A stretch of 64,000 bases of DNA from Lama guanicoe. Its lineage: Eukaryota. The notes beneath the pieces are model-generated. The model ran no database searches, was not told where the DNA came from, and saw only the letters and a program-made list of their open reading frames with translations. Both the position numbers and the translations under genes were made by a program. The stretch lies in assembly GCA_013239625.1 (NCBI GenBank), contig MU053216.1, forward strand, positions 1,328,943-1,392,942, read 5' to 3'. Positions 39,201 through 47,400 of this stretch are shown piece by piece (the first letter of the stretch is position 1; each line of letters begins with the position of its first letter).

Positions 39201-41301
39201 GGCAGGTGCCTCAGCTCTAGCTTCTCCTGGCTTGTGGCCGACAGTGGCCTCAGAAGCCGCCGTGGAAAGACAGCTATGTGGCGAGTTAGGACATCTCCTG
39301 CACACTGTGTGGCCCAGCAGAGGACTGTCGGGGAAGAGGAAGGCCTGTTAGGTCCCCCCAGTGGCCTCAGATTCCTGGAGCTGTCCTGGGCGGGCTCCAA
39401 CTCCTGAGCAGGGATGGATATGCACCCCCAAGTCAGCCTCGGCATCTCTCTTGCCAGCTGGGCTGGAGGCCGGCCTCCCTGAGCAGGACCAGGTGTGGAT
39501 ACCGAGGCCGGGGGTGAGGCTGGGAGTAGGGCCTGCCCACGCAGGAGGGGAAGCGAGAGGAGGGAGGCGGAGCAGCCGGGGACCAGGAGCGGCCCAGCCA
39601 CCAGGCCTGAGGCCAGGCCTTCTCTGCCACCCTGCGAAGGAGCGCCCTGGGGTGGGAGCAGTGTTAGCACCCCTGCACAGCAGATAAATGTCAACCGTCT
39701 GAGTTCAAGCCCAGCTCTTCTGCTCTGCAAGCCCTGTGACCCTCGCAGCAAAACTCTCTCGGCTCCTGCTTCCTCGTCTGTCCAACAAGGAGGCTGCTCG
39801 CAGCTGTTACTGCTGTGAGAGTTAAACAGACTAATGCAACATAATGCGAGATCATAAAAGATAAATAATAAACAACAATAATGATAAACAATGAACGCAT
39901 GACACCGATAAATGAAGGCGCAGCCTTGAGCAAGCTGACTTCTCCCCTAACGTAGGGGTGACCTTCACGGGATCTGTCGTTGCTCTGAGGTTTAAACGCA
40001 TTCATTCACATAAAGCATTTAGAACGGCCTGGGCCCCAGGGGAAATCCATCCAGGCCTTCAGCCCACAGGTACCCAGCACCTGCTGTGTGAAAGGCGCTC
40101 TTCCAGGCAGAGCTCACAGACACGGGCTTCACGCCGAGGGGGCCCTTTGAGGACACTGTGAGCTCTGAGTCCTTCTGGAGGAGACTTTTGTGTTTGCTCA
40201 CACAGGTTTGCATGCACGTGTGCGCGTGCACACACACACACACACACATGCGAGGTCAGAGAGAGTCGCATTGACTGAATCTGGGTGGTCCTGGAGGACA
40301 TGAGGACTGAGCCCTACAGACATCTGGGTGAACAGCTTTCTAGACCAAGAGAGCAGCTGATGCAAAGGCCCTGGAACAGCACAGGTGCCCGGTGCCTGGA
40401 TAGGGCAGCAAGGAGAGTGGCGGTGACGAAAGCTGCCAGGGCGGTCGGGGGACAGGTCAGGAGGCCACTGCAAGGACCTGAGTTTTGCTCAAATGGGATG
40501 GGGGCCTGGATGGGCTTTGGGTTAAAGAGTGGTGTGGTCCGACTTTTAACAGAATCACTCTGGCTGTTCAGAGACTGGATGGGGGTGGGCGTGGAGCTCG
40601 GCAGGGGCGTGAGAGTAACATGGGGAGGGGAGACAGGGGCTCAGAGCAGGGAGACAGACTCCTGTCCACGCTGAAGGAAGAACCAGGAGGGAGAGCGCTG
40701 ACCAGGTGTGAGTGAGAGGCGGCAGGAGTCCAGACCCCGGTGGCCGGAGGGCCTGGACGGATTGGCTTGCATAACTGAGGTGGGGCGCAGGCTGGGGTCG
40801 GGAGTGAAGTCAGGATATCACCTGGAACATGTCACATTTGAAGTGCCTACTAGGCATCAACGTAGATGCAAGAGCCCGGAATTCAGGGACAGGCTGTGGG
40901 ACACAGGTGCCAGTTTGGGACTCGCTGACACATAGACAGGTAAGGACGTCGCCCTGGCTCTCCACAACAGCAGAGAGCCAGTGAGGTTTAACTCCCAGCC
41001 CCAGACGACGTCCTGTTCCTGCCCAGCTCCAGGCCCCTCATGAGGGCAGGTCTGACGAGGGACAGGTACACAACACCAGAGCTGTGACAGGGCAGCCAGG
41101 AGTGGGCAGACTCGTGCGCATTCACGAGTAACCAGCGAGGGCTGGGCAATCAGGCACCGGCACCTCTGAGCCCCCCTGAGCTGAGAATGCCGGGCCCAGG
41201 GCCAGCCACTCACCTGTCAAGGCAGGACTCCAACAGATGCGGTCAGCCGATGGCGAAAAGGTTACTTGGTTTAATTTTTGCTCGTTGGGAGGTGGATCCA
41301 T
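13834..41301 (-). CDS. MROH3: Maestro HEAT-like repeat protein 3, apparently intact, 22 coding exons, about 889 aa
   Basis: 22 GT-AG exons join in phase to 2670 nt with no internal stop. MROH-type motifs: VRQQAMLCIVALS, ILPWL..EKAHEQARA, GGWELL.SPERH.EGV.LLARAM, KSPQAPIRQVAVWFAG, DPDPMVSSLATQ. Position between INAVA and KIF21B equals that of human MROH3P. The 5'-most exon is the least certain. Confidence 0.9.
14754..14813 (-). CDS. MROH3: MROH3 exon 21 (GQIIQTLSTEEAREAEDAYS)
   Basis: ccccag| and |gtgagt; phase 1-1. Confidence 0.88.
15364..15466 (-). CDS. MROH3: MROH3 exon 20 (LQQEASRALWFLRQSVTLFKSPQAPIRQVAVWFA)
   Basis: gtgcag| and |gtaccg; phase 0-1. Confidence 0.9.
16300..17150 (+). mobile_element. 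Decayed L2-like LINE fragment
   Basis: Pyrimidine-rich L2-type phrases (TCCTCCTTGAA..CTCTCC, CAGAAACCCAGGCGTCCACCTT); limits approximate. Confidence 0.45.
18577..18678 (-). CDS. MROH3: MROH3 exon 19 (ISRPALCHTATILGWWKLRVIFAEKDVWTILRAL)
   Basis: tctctctag| and |gtaagc; phase 0-0. Confidence 0.9.
19565..19723 (-). CDS. MROH3: MROH3 exon 18 (ESEHLRLEAFEVYGAVLAKV...LHLEDVSVPVAQ)
   Basis: cacccag| and |gtgaga; phase 0-0. Confidence 0.92.
20056..20232 (-). CDS. MROH3: MROH3 exon 17 (GKQLRALQPYVLNCC...LAFTLGPFLEE)
   Basis: ctacag| and |gtgagt; phase 0-0. Confidence 0.92.
20761..20901 (-). CDS. MROH3: MROH3 exon 16 (LLQCPDVAAMVDKVTLRILASWLQ...VFVKHGNM)
   Basis: cgcgcag| and |gtgagc; phase 0-0. 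Confidence 0.92.
21001..21692 (+). mobile_element. L1 3' fragment (end of ORF2 plus 3' UTR)
   Basis: GACCCAGAAATCCCACTCCTGGGCATATATCCAG, GTTCATAGCAGCACTATTTACAGTAGCCAAGACATGGAAGC, TACCACTCAGCCATAAAAAGGAATGAAA. Confidence 0.9.
22170..22265 (+). mobile_element. MIR fragment
   Basis: CTCTTTGAGCCTCAGCTCCATCCTCTGCAAAACAGAGG...GTGAGAATTAAATAA core. Confidence 0.6.
22471..22606 (-). mobile_element. tRNA-derived SINE (Vic-1-like)
   Basis: Reverse strand GGGGAGGGTAGAGCTCAGTGGTAGAGGGCGTGCTTAGC...GGTTCAATCCCCAGTGCCCCCTCC plus tail. Confidence 0.85.
22845..23190. mobile_element. MER5-like hAT-Charlie fragments
   Basis: GCTGTTTCTCAAAGCTGGGTCC...GGGGCCCGGAAATCTGCATTTAA pattern. Confidence 0.55.
23560..24030 (+). 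mobile_element. Old L1M-type 3' fragment
   Basis: CTTTACTGGAAAGCTATTTGGCA, GTGTTATTCACAATAGTGTAAAACTGGAAACA; AT-rich. Confidence 0.6.
24238..24352 (-). CDS. MROH3: MROH3 exon 15 (RAMVTKNCWHSRPVFGLVVGILQDLDHENHLTALTFMTE)
   Basis: ccgcag| and |gtgagc; phase 2-0. Confidence 0.92.
24442..24579 (-). CDS. MROH3: MROH3 exon 14 (SCTVEALRTLMTSAGY...GGWELLTSPERHLEGVALLA)
   Basis: cccccag| and |gtgagc; phase 2-2; hallmark MROH motif. Confidence 0.94.
24961..25136 (-). CDS. MROH3: MROH3 exon 13 (ATRALRELLLEP...FSPLFVALLLQ...WTDPV)
   Basis: ccccag| and |gtaccc; phase 0-2. Confidence 0.92.
25586..25730 (-). CDS. MROH3: MROH3 exon 12 (RGTHKPWEILASFPKGHEVIMEHLLQRL...ISPLI)
   Basis: ctctgcag| and |gtacgc; phase 2-0. 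Confidence 0.88.
27003..27129 (+). mobile_element. tRNA-derived SINE (Vic-1-like) with target-site duplication
   Basis: GGGGGGAGGGTCTAGCTCAGTGGCAGAGTGCATG...CCCCCAGTATCTCC, A-rich tail; AAAGAAACACAAA at 26988-27000 and 27130-27142. Confidence 0.88.
27289..28928. repeat. CA-type microsatellite with a 22-bp period (CACGCACG(CA)7), degenerating towards an N gap
   Basis: CG doublets recur exactly every 22 nt from about 27313 to 28566; N run 28706-28834. Confidence 0.97.
28706..28834. other. Assembly gap (129 N)
   Basis: N run. Confidence 1.
29600..30010. promoter_or_regulatory. Small CpG-rich patch in MROH3 intron 11
   Basis: Dense CGs (GCGCGTGCGCC, GCGCCCCCGACGCCCCTGCGGCGCC) flanked by AT-rich L1 sequence. 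Confidence 0.4.
30175..30580 (+). mobile_element. L1 3' UTR fragment (younger)
   Basis: CATTCTAAGTGAAGTAAGTCAGAAAGAGAAAG, ACTTATTTACAAAACAGAAACAGACTCACAG, ends in an A-rich tail. Confidence 0.88.
30590..31500 (+). mobile_element. Older L1M (MB/MC-like) 3' fragment
   Basis: GAAGTGCAAATTAAAAC, GCTGGTAGGAATGCAA, CTAGGAATTTAGCCAAGAAA, GATGGAAATGCTCTGTGTCTTGAT. Confidence 0.8.
31665..31804 (-). mobile_element. tRNA-derived SINE (Vic-1-like)
   Basis: Reverse strand GGGACGGTATAGCTCAGTGTTGGAGTGCCTGCCTAGCATGCTTGAGGTCCTGGGTTCAATCCCCAGG plus tail. Confidence 0.85.
32052..32200 (-). CDS. MROH3: MROH3 exon 11 (VPVIIKYIYRNMSSFTE...DEVILTLFEIDGW)
   Basis: ccgcag| and |gtaggt; phase 0-2. Confidence 0.92.
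33600..33749 (-). CDS. MROH3: MROH3 exon 10 (FFRKYLTPEEKTAVVMVVMEAM...QPEIGK)
   Basis: tctcttcag| and |gtagtg; phase 0-0. Confidence 0.92.
34250..34830 (-). mobile_element. L2 fragment
   Basis: GAAGGCTTCCTGGAGGAGGTG, TTCCAGGCAGAGGGAACAG..TGCAAAGGCCTGGAG purine-rich L2 signature. Confidence 0.7.
35140..35228 (-). CDS. MROH3: MROH3 exon 9 (SVRRKTENVLRDLQKHFRGEWFASMQDLTM)
   Basis: atcgag| (rare GAG acceptor) and |gtaacg; phase 1-0, needed to keep the frame. Confidence 0.82.
35942..36077 (-). CDS. MROH3: MROH3 exon 8 (HVAEFSMSGQLLGTLGLSC...ALHYFFKILVLHR)
   Basis: ttcccgcag| and |gtgagt; phase 0-1. Confidence 0.9.
36451..36558 (-). CDS. MROH3: MROH3 exon 7 (IILPWLTQSEKAHEQARALGMISRTLRFICSFPQLR)
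   Basis: gtgcag| and |gtgagc; phase 0-0. Confidence 0.92.
37234..37320 (-). CDS. MROH3: MROH3 exon 6 (TIQALDDMLQALVMEGRDPSMAVLQRCLE)
   Basis: ttgctag| and |gtgcgt; phase 0-0. Confidence 0.9.
37875..38004 (-). CDS. MROH3: MROH3 exon 5 (SQVSPPFHLSQKLGLMAASISRIIPLP...SVYIR)
   Basis: cacccag| and |gtaccc; phase 2-0. Confidence 0.88.
38332..38411 (-). CDS. MROH3: MROH3 exon 4 (TLILEESTEVLVSSVRQQAMLCIVAL)
   Basis: cttctag| and a weak |gttccg donor; phase 0-2. Confidence 0.87.
38527..38649 (-). CDS. MROH3: MROH3 exon 3 (SEFDKLRFLRAVETLSGAVH...ALAQKIE)
   Basis: atcctag| and |gtgaga; phase 0-0. Confidence 0.88.
39026..39090 (-). CDS. MROH3: MROH3 exon 2 (GLRPSEREAYGFILEFLEQGQA)
   Basis: ctctgcag| and |gtaagg; phase 1-0. 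Confidence 0.82.
40250..40935 (-). mobile_element. L2 fragment
   Basis: TGCAAAGGCCCTGGA, TTTTAACAGAATCACTCTGGCTG, GAACATGTCACATTTGAAGTGCCTA. Confidence 0.7.
41214..41301 (-). CDS. MROH3: MROH3 putative first coding exon (MDPPPNEQKLNQVTFSPSADRICWSPALT)
   Basis: ATG at 41301, strong CAG|gtgagt donor in phase 1 matching exon 2; upstream branch point and acceptor suggest an earlier 5' exon. Confidence 0.6.
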
Positions 41302-42700
41302 CTGCACTCTGGGGCGGGAGCCAGGTTAGGCTGCTGAAAAGGAAAGGGATCTGGCTGAGCAGTCCCACCACCGGCTCCCCCCACCTCCCCAGGAGAGAAT
41401 GGGGACCCTCTGAAGCCCTGATCCCTCCTGACTCACATCCGGGGCTCTCCCTGCCTGGGGACATTTCAGACTCAAGAGGCTGGGTGTCGAACCCTCCGCC
41501 TCTGGGAGCCTCGCTGCTGAAGTCCTGAAGCCCCCGTCCCCTTTGACTGAATCGTAATCCCGTTCCACCCTGTGGCTGGGGGGCCGAGCCCTGCGATGTC
41601 TGCCCGCCCAGACCAGGCCAGGAGACCTGCCTGTGGACCAGGAGGAGAGCACTGCCCGGCCCTGCACACGGGGGCACCCCCTGCTCTCTGCTCCTGGGGG
41701 GCCTTGAGGGGCCTGCCCGCCCCCTCGCCGGCCCTTCCTGTTGGCTGACTTGGTCTCGTCCATTGCAGGGAGGGTCCCCCACCCTGTGCCCTGGGGACGC
41801 CCTGACACCAGTCACGGTTCTGCTGGGCCTGACTCCTCACAGTCGTCTGAAGTACAGAATCGGGTCCCCTTATCCACAACTCATTTTGGTGGAAAAGATT
41901 CAGGTCTGAGGTTGGGAGGCCCACACTTCTCCAGAGACCTCTGGGGTTGTGTCCCCTCGTGGCCCACCCCCCAGAATGGGGCACCCAGGCCCCACAGAAC
42001 CCACTGCCAGGCAGTGGGCAGGGCCAAGATCGCCCCAGCCGCTGGCACCCGCCCCTCCATTGCCCTGAGGGCCAGTAGGAGGGACCGCTTTACCTGACAC
42101 GCTGGGCACCTCAGACACCAGGCCCACGTCTCTCCTGAGCATCGTGGCTCCAGGGGGCGCCGTGCGGGGTCCCAGAGCGGCCCCTGCAGGGCGGGCTAGG
42201 AGGTGGCCTAGTGGGAGCACCCCACGCCTGCCCTGTGTCCTGCCCAGAGATGGGCAAGGGCCCCCTTCTCCCCAAGGAGCCTCCTTGTCCAGCCTTGGAG
42301 CAGAGGGGCTGTTTCTCACGAGAGCCTCCACTCTGGATGGCTCCGAGGACCAGGAGACTCGGCTGCACCCATCACCGACCGCCATCTCACCCCACCCAGT
42401 GGACACCGGGACCCCCTCCCCCAGAGGCTCCCATGGCCCCAGGTCCTTCTTGGGGAATGAGTCCCAGAACCCAGCTCCTCAGGCCCTAGGGGTACCCAGG
42501 AGCTTTCACTCCCGCTTCCATCCTGCAGAGGACCCGGAGAGCTCCCCCACCCCCACCATCCCACCTGCCCCCCAGGGACCTGGCCAGACCAGCTGAGGAG
42601 GCCAGGTGGCCCTGCACCCTGAGGGGCAGGGCAGAGCCTCTGCTCGGGAAACTGGGCACAAAAGAAACTCTCCATCAGCTCAGCCTCTCCAAGAGCAGAC

Positions 42701-42706
42701 TTTATT
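42701..42706 (-). terminator. INAVA: INAVA poly(A) signal AATAAA
   Basis: TTTATT on +, about 1.64 kb past the INAVA stop; the first canonical hexamer I found. Confidence 0.7.
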
Positions 42707-43308
42707 GAAGTTTTGGGCACAAACTCCCCACAGCCCCACGGCTGAGTACACAGCCACTTTGCACGGGCATCAGGCATCGTACAGGACCAATAAGTTAACG
42801 TGAGGGACGCTTGGGTGGGGGGTGCCCGGACGTCTCCTGGCTCAGCCCTGTGCTCTGGGAGGACCCCGGAAGGGGAGAGCATGGCTGTGCGCAGCGGCAA
42901 CAGGCTCAGACACAGAACTGCAGGAGAACAGCCGTCAAAGTCACAGCTAGCCAGCACGATGGGGCAGGAAGACGCGCAGAGCCGGGGAGCCGCAGGACGT
43001 GGTAAGAGCAGCGAGAAACGCAGGCTCCCCTCTCCCGACCCCTCAGCCGGGCCGCCTTGTGCAGCACGGAGAGCTGTGTCTCCTCCAGGTCTGGCCTCAA
43101 AGCCCTTGGGGCCTCAAGCTGTGTTCACGGCCTCTGTCCTGCAGACAGAGGACTCTGCACAGGCTAGATCCGAGCTGGGGCGCCCCCTACTCCTGGCCTC
43201 AGCTCGGCACTCTCTCCCAGAAGCAGGATCCCTGTTTGGGAATCAGACCTTCAGCAAAGGCCCCAGGACAGGAGCCTGGATACCGATGGTCTTAGCCCTG
43301 ACAGCTTC

Positions 43309-43343
43309 CAGGCCTCAGGCCTCAGGCCTCAGGCCTCAGGTCT
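43309..43343. repeat. (CAGGCCT)x5 tandem repeat in the INAVA 3' UTR
   Basis: Four perfect units plus CAGGTCT. Confidence 0.9.
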
Positions 43344-44340
43344 CAGCCCAGCACTGGGACAATTCATTACACCCTGCAGGGCAGGTATCCCCGTCTGTGA
43401 AATTAAGGGCTTGCCCTCCTTCAAGGAAACCCGCTGTCAGGGCAGAAGTTCGGCTGGGTGGAAGAAGGAGCAAGGACTGCCCCCGTCCTGAGAACTTGCC
43501 ACAGAGGATGCCTTTCCAAAAGCACCTGTGAAGCACCGTTTTTCAGGACTATGACAAAAAGATGTCAGCGGGAGGGGGGGCCTGCAAGTCCTCACGATGC
43601 CCAGAGAAAATGGTCAGCCCCCAGCCTGGACCACCTGACGCCTGATCTGGAGAGGCCTCCAACCAAGGCTCATGGGTCTGTGGAGATGCCAGGAGCTCAC
43701 AGGACAGGGAGCGCTTAGCAACTGGGGGCCCTGTGGGGGAGTCCTGGGGTCAGGAAAACAGACAAGACTCCGCCGGAACACACTGACCCTTAACCTAGCC
43801 CTTGGTGCGTGCATCACAGAGCACATTAGAGAGGGGAGGACACACTCCCCAGCCCAGGCACCCCGACGGCGCCCCGAGAGCCAGAAACGGGGGACTGAGG
43901 TGCAGCCTCCAGTGGCAGTAGGGCAGCACGGCCGGGGCTGTTCTGCAAGGAAGTTCTCAGAACGCGGGGGTGGAGCTTCCAGGAACCTGCCGCGGCCCTC
44001 TCTGCTGCCTGCGTCCCCCGCCACATGTCCTGCACAAGGCGACAGATGCCGTCAGTCAGAGGTGAGGCCTTGAGTCCAGGAGGCCAGTCTCTGGGGAACA
44101 GAGCATCGTCATATTGCAGGGATGGTGAGGACAAACCGCAAGTATAAACCCTCAGGCCAGGGCTTCTGAACAAAAACTGATGTGTAAAAAAAGTCTCAGC
44201 TCCAGGTCATCGACCTGCGACGGGAAAGGGAGCTGGGAAGGGCTTCGGGCTTCGGGGCGGGCGGTCTCGGCTGCAGCCCCAGCCCCAGCCCCGCTGGGAA
44301 ACTGACGTCTGCCTGCCAGCCAGGCATCTGGAACTCAGGA

Positions 44341-44433
44341 TCACACCTGGCTGACGACCTCTCCGTTCTCAGGTATAAAAATTTGCACAGGGGCCCCCTC
44401 AGGTGATCTCCGGAGCACACGCACTGTGGGCAC
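44341..44433 (-). CDS. INAVA: INAVA exon 10, last (VPTVRVLRRSPEGAPVQIFIPENGEVVSQV*)
   Basis: tggcag| acceptor; TGA at 44343-44341. Confidence 0.94.
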   Translation of the reverse strand: MPTVRVLRRSPEGAPVQIFIPENGEVVSQV

Positions 44434-47400
44434 CTGCCAGGGCCAGAGGAAGGGAAAGATGGGTGAACAAGACGGGCAGCATCCAGACGGCAAGCCGGGC
44501 CACACCATCCCTGTCCCATAAGGACACTGACCGGCAGCAGCACCAGCCTCCCAGGAGGCCCTTTGCGCCCAGGGGTCACCCTTATCCACATTGCCTCCTG
44601 CTGTCGTTGGGGTCTGACAGGCCCCCTGCCTCCTCTCCCCGCCCCTTTCCCATCACCCTCCCCGTCAGGCAGGTTGGGATGGCCTGGGCCGGGGCCAAGG
44701 ACAGGTCCAAGCTCGCAGGAAGGGAAGAGCATGTCAGCTGGAGGGTGCGGCCTGGGACCGGGGCCAGGGTGCTGCCAGGCCCAGGATGCCAGCTGCAGCC
44801 CAGAGGACTGGTGGGCGGGGGAGGGAGGGGCAGCTGGGTCAGCTGGAATCCTGGGTCTCAAAGCAGCAGCCTGTTGGAGGCTCGTGGAGCACGCACCCTG
44901 CAGAGCCCTCCATACCCGGGAGAGAGCATAAAGAGGCTCACGCGTGGTACCCCACTTCCAGAACAAAGAAACATAGAAACCAGGGTGGCCACCCAACCCC
45001 ATGTCCGGGTGCCCTAACGGACAAGACGAGCAGCTCACTGACCTGGTCCCTGGCCTGGGGGCGGGGAGGGTCGATAACACCACTTACCTAGTGCTTACTC
45101 TGCATCGCTGTGGTCACCTTGCACACACTAACTCATTTAGAGCTCTCAGTACCCACATAGGAGAGATCCTTCACTACTTTTACGGAGGGAGTAACAGGGT
45201 CAGAAGAGTTAACTAACTTGCCCAGTCCTATCGCTGGTAAGTGGCAGGGCTGAGACGTGACCAGGGGTAGGCTAACCTCAGGGTCTGGGCACTTGACCAT
45301 CACTTCACCCTGCTGCTCATCAGGGCAGCGCGGAGGGATGGAGTAGGGCGTGGGGGTAAGTTGACTGACAGGCAGTCACAGGCTCTGGCTCTGGCAAACA
45401 CATTTCCAGACTCTCCCTTTGTCCTGGGCCCTCATGTCAGGAAATCTGGGGGGTTATTTGGATTGGACTTTGATTATGAACAGAGGGCGGCCTGTCTGTT
45501 TTGTGGTTCATCAGTGGAGCCATTAGGGGGAGAGTGTCTTTGGTGTCTGGGAGGGGCGTCATCTCCACTGCGCACATGGGCACGTGCTCTTGAGCTAAAC
45601 GCGGCAAAATTAGGAAGGCCCCAGGGGAGTCTTCCATAGGGCCTTCCAGAGCCAAGCAGAAATGCTTTGGGGCCTGCTCTTCCCATCTGGGGGCTGCCGG
45701 GCCACGGCCCCCAGCGGATCGCGGGGCCGCGGGCGCCGTGCAGGGCCTGCGGGGCTGGCGGGGCCCGGGGAGGCCGTACCTGTGTGTGTGGGGCCTCGGC
45801 GCCGGGCGGCAGGCTGCGCACGCGGAAGGCGCCGTGGCGGTCCAGCGAGTGGGGGCGCGCGCTGCGGCCCCGCGCCCGCTCGTGCCACGACTTGAGCTCC
45901 TCCGACACGGCCGCCCTGCTGAGCCCGCGGCCCGCGGGGCTGTCGCGCAGCGAGGGCGTGCGGGCCACGCGGCCGTGGGCGGGCGGTGGGCGCTGCCAGC
46001 GCAGGGCGGCGGCGTNNNNNNNNNNNNNNNNNNNNNNNNNNNNNNNNNNNNNNNNNNNNNNNNNNNNNNNNNNNNNNNNNNNNNNNNNNNNNNNNNNNNN
46101 NNNNNNNNNNNNNNNNNNNNNNNNNNNNNNNNNNNNNNNNNNNNNNNNNNNNNNNNNNNNNNNNNNNNNNNNNNNNNNNNNNNNNNNNNNNNNNNNNNNN
46201 NNNNNNNNNNNNNNNNNNNNNNNGGCAGGCGGGGCGCGGCGCGGGCGCGGCGAGGGCGCAGCAGGGGTCCGGCGCGGTCACCGTGTAGTACGTGGGGCGG
46301 CGCCGCGGGAGGGCGCTGCGGCCTCGCCCGTCGGGGCCGGCGCGGGAGGGGTCCGTCCTGCGGGGAGAGAGGGGCCGCGCAGACCCGGAGCTGAGCCAGC
46401 CCTGCCTCCAGGGGGCCGGGGTGTCGCGCGCCTGCGCAGCCTCGGCCACACGTGCCCACACCCTCCCGCCGCACTGCGCACCCGGGTTTGGGTACAGGAG
46501 GCCACATCTGCCTCTGTTCTCAGCCATTTTGGTGCGAGGTGTTCAGTGGCATTTCAGACACTCAATCTGTCCAGACGGACGCCTTCCAGCATCTGAGATG
46601 AAGGCGTGAAGCTGGCATGTGGCCCAGATGGACAACCACTTAAAGGGAGAGACTGCTGGCCTTCTACAGCCAAGGGGAGAGGCCTCGGGAGAAACGGTCC
46701 TTGGCCACCCGGATCCCGGCCTTCCAGCCTCCAGACTGGGAGACGGTGGTTTCTGTAATGTCAGCCACCCAGCTGTGGTGCTCTGTACGGCAGCCCCAGC
46801 CACCTCTGACAAGGTGGCTGCGTGCAGCTGGCCCTCCCCAAGGGCACCAGCCCAGGACAGTCAGGAGCGCTGAAATCCAGCCTCGCTCTGCCAAGATGCG
46901 GGCCGCAGGCATGTCTGTCCGGAGGGGGCGACTTTCACTAACTTGAACAAAGGTCCTGTTTGTAAGATGACCCCAGCAGTATGTGAAGTATAAAATGCAC
47001 GGCTGGACTCCAGCCCAGTGCTGCCCGTGGGCAAAGTTAACCTGATGGAGGACCCAGGATTGGCCTGAGGCTGCCTGCTGTCTCTCCTGGTGCGGCTAAC
47101 ACTGCCGTCCTAACCCAGCCCCTGAGACGCTGACCAAACAGCAGGGGACGTGGAAAGTAGCAGGCAGTGGATTCTCATTATTCACAGGTTCCGTGTTTGC
47201 AAATTCTCCTACTGCTAAAATCTATTTGAAACCTCAAAATCAACACCCACAGCCCTTTGGCAGTCACATGCGGACGCACGCAGGGTGGTGAAAATTTTGA
47301 GCTTCTTGACAGGTGCTTTCCCAGCTGAGGCTGCAAGCTCTGGGTTCAGCTCTCACACTGCACACGAGTGGCCTTTCCACAGTCTGTTCAGTGCCATGCC

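Noticed and set aside
45780..46357. Apparent frameshift in INAVA exon 9
   Set aside because: The frame change falls across 208 Ns whose length is only an estimate; both flanks are intact.
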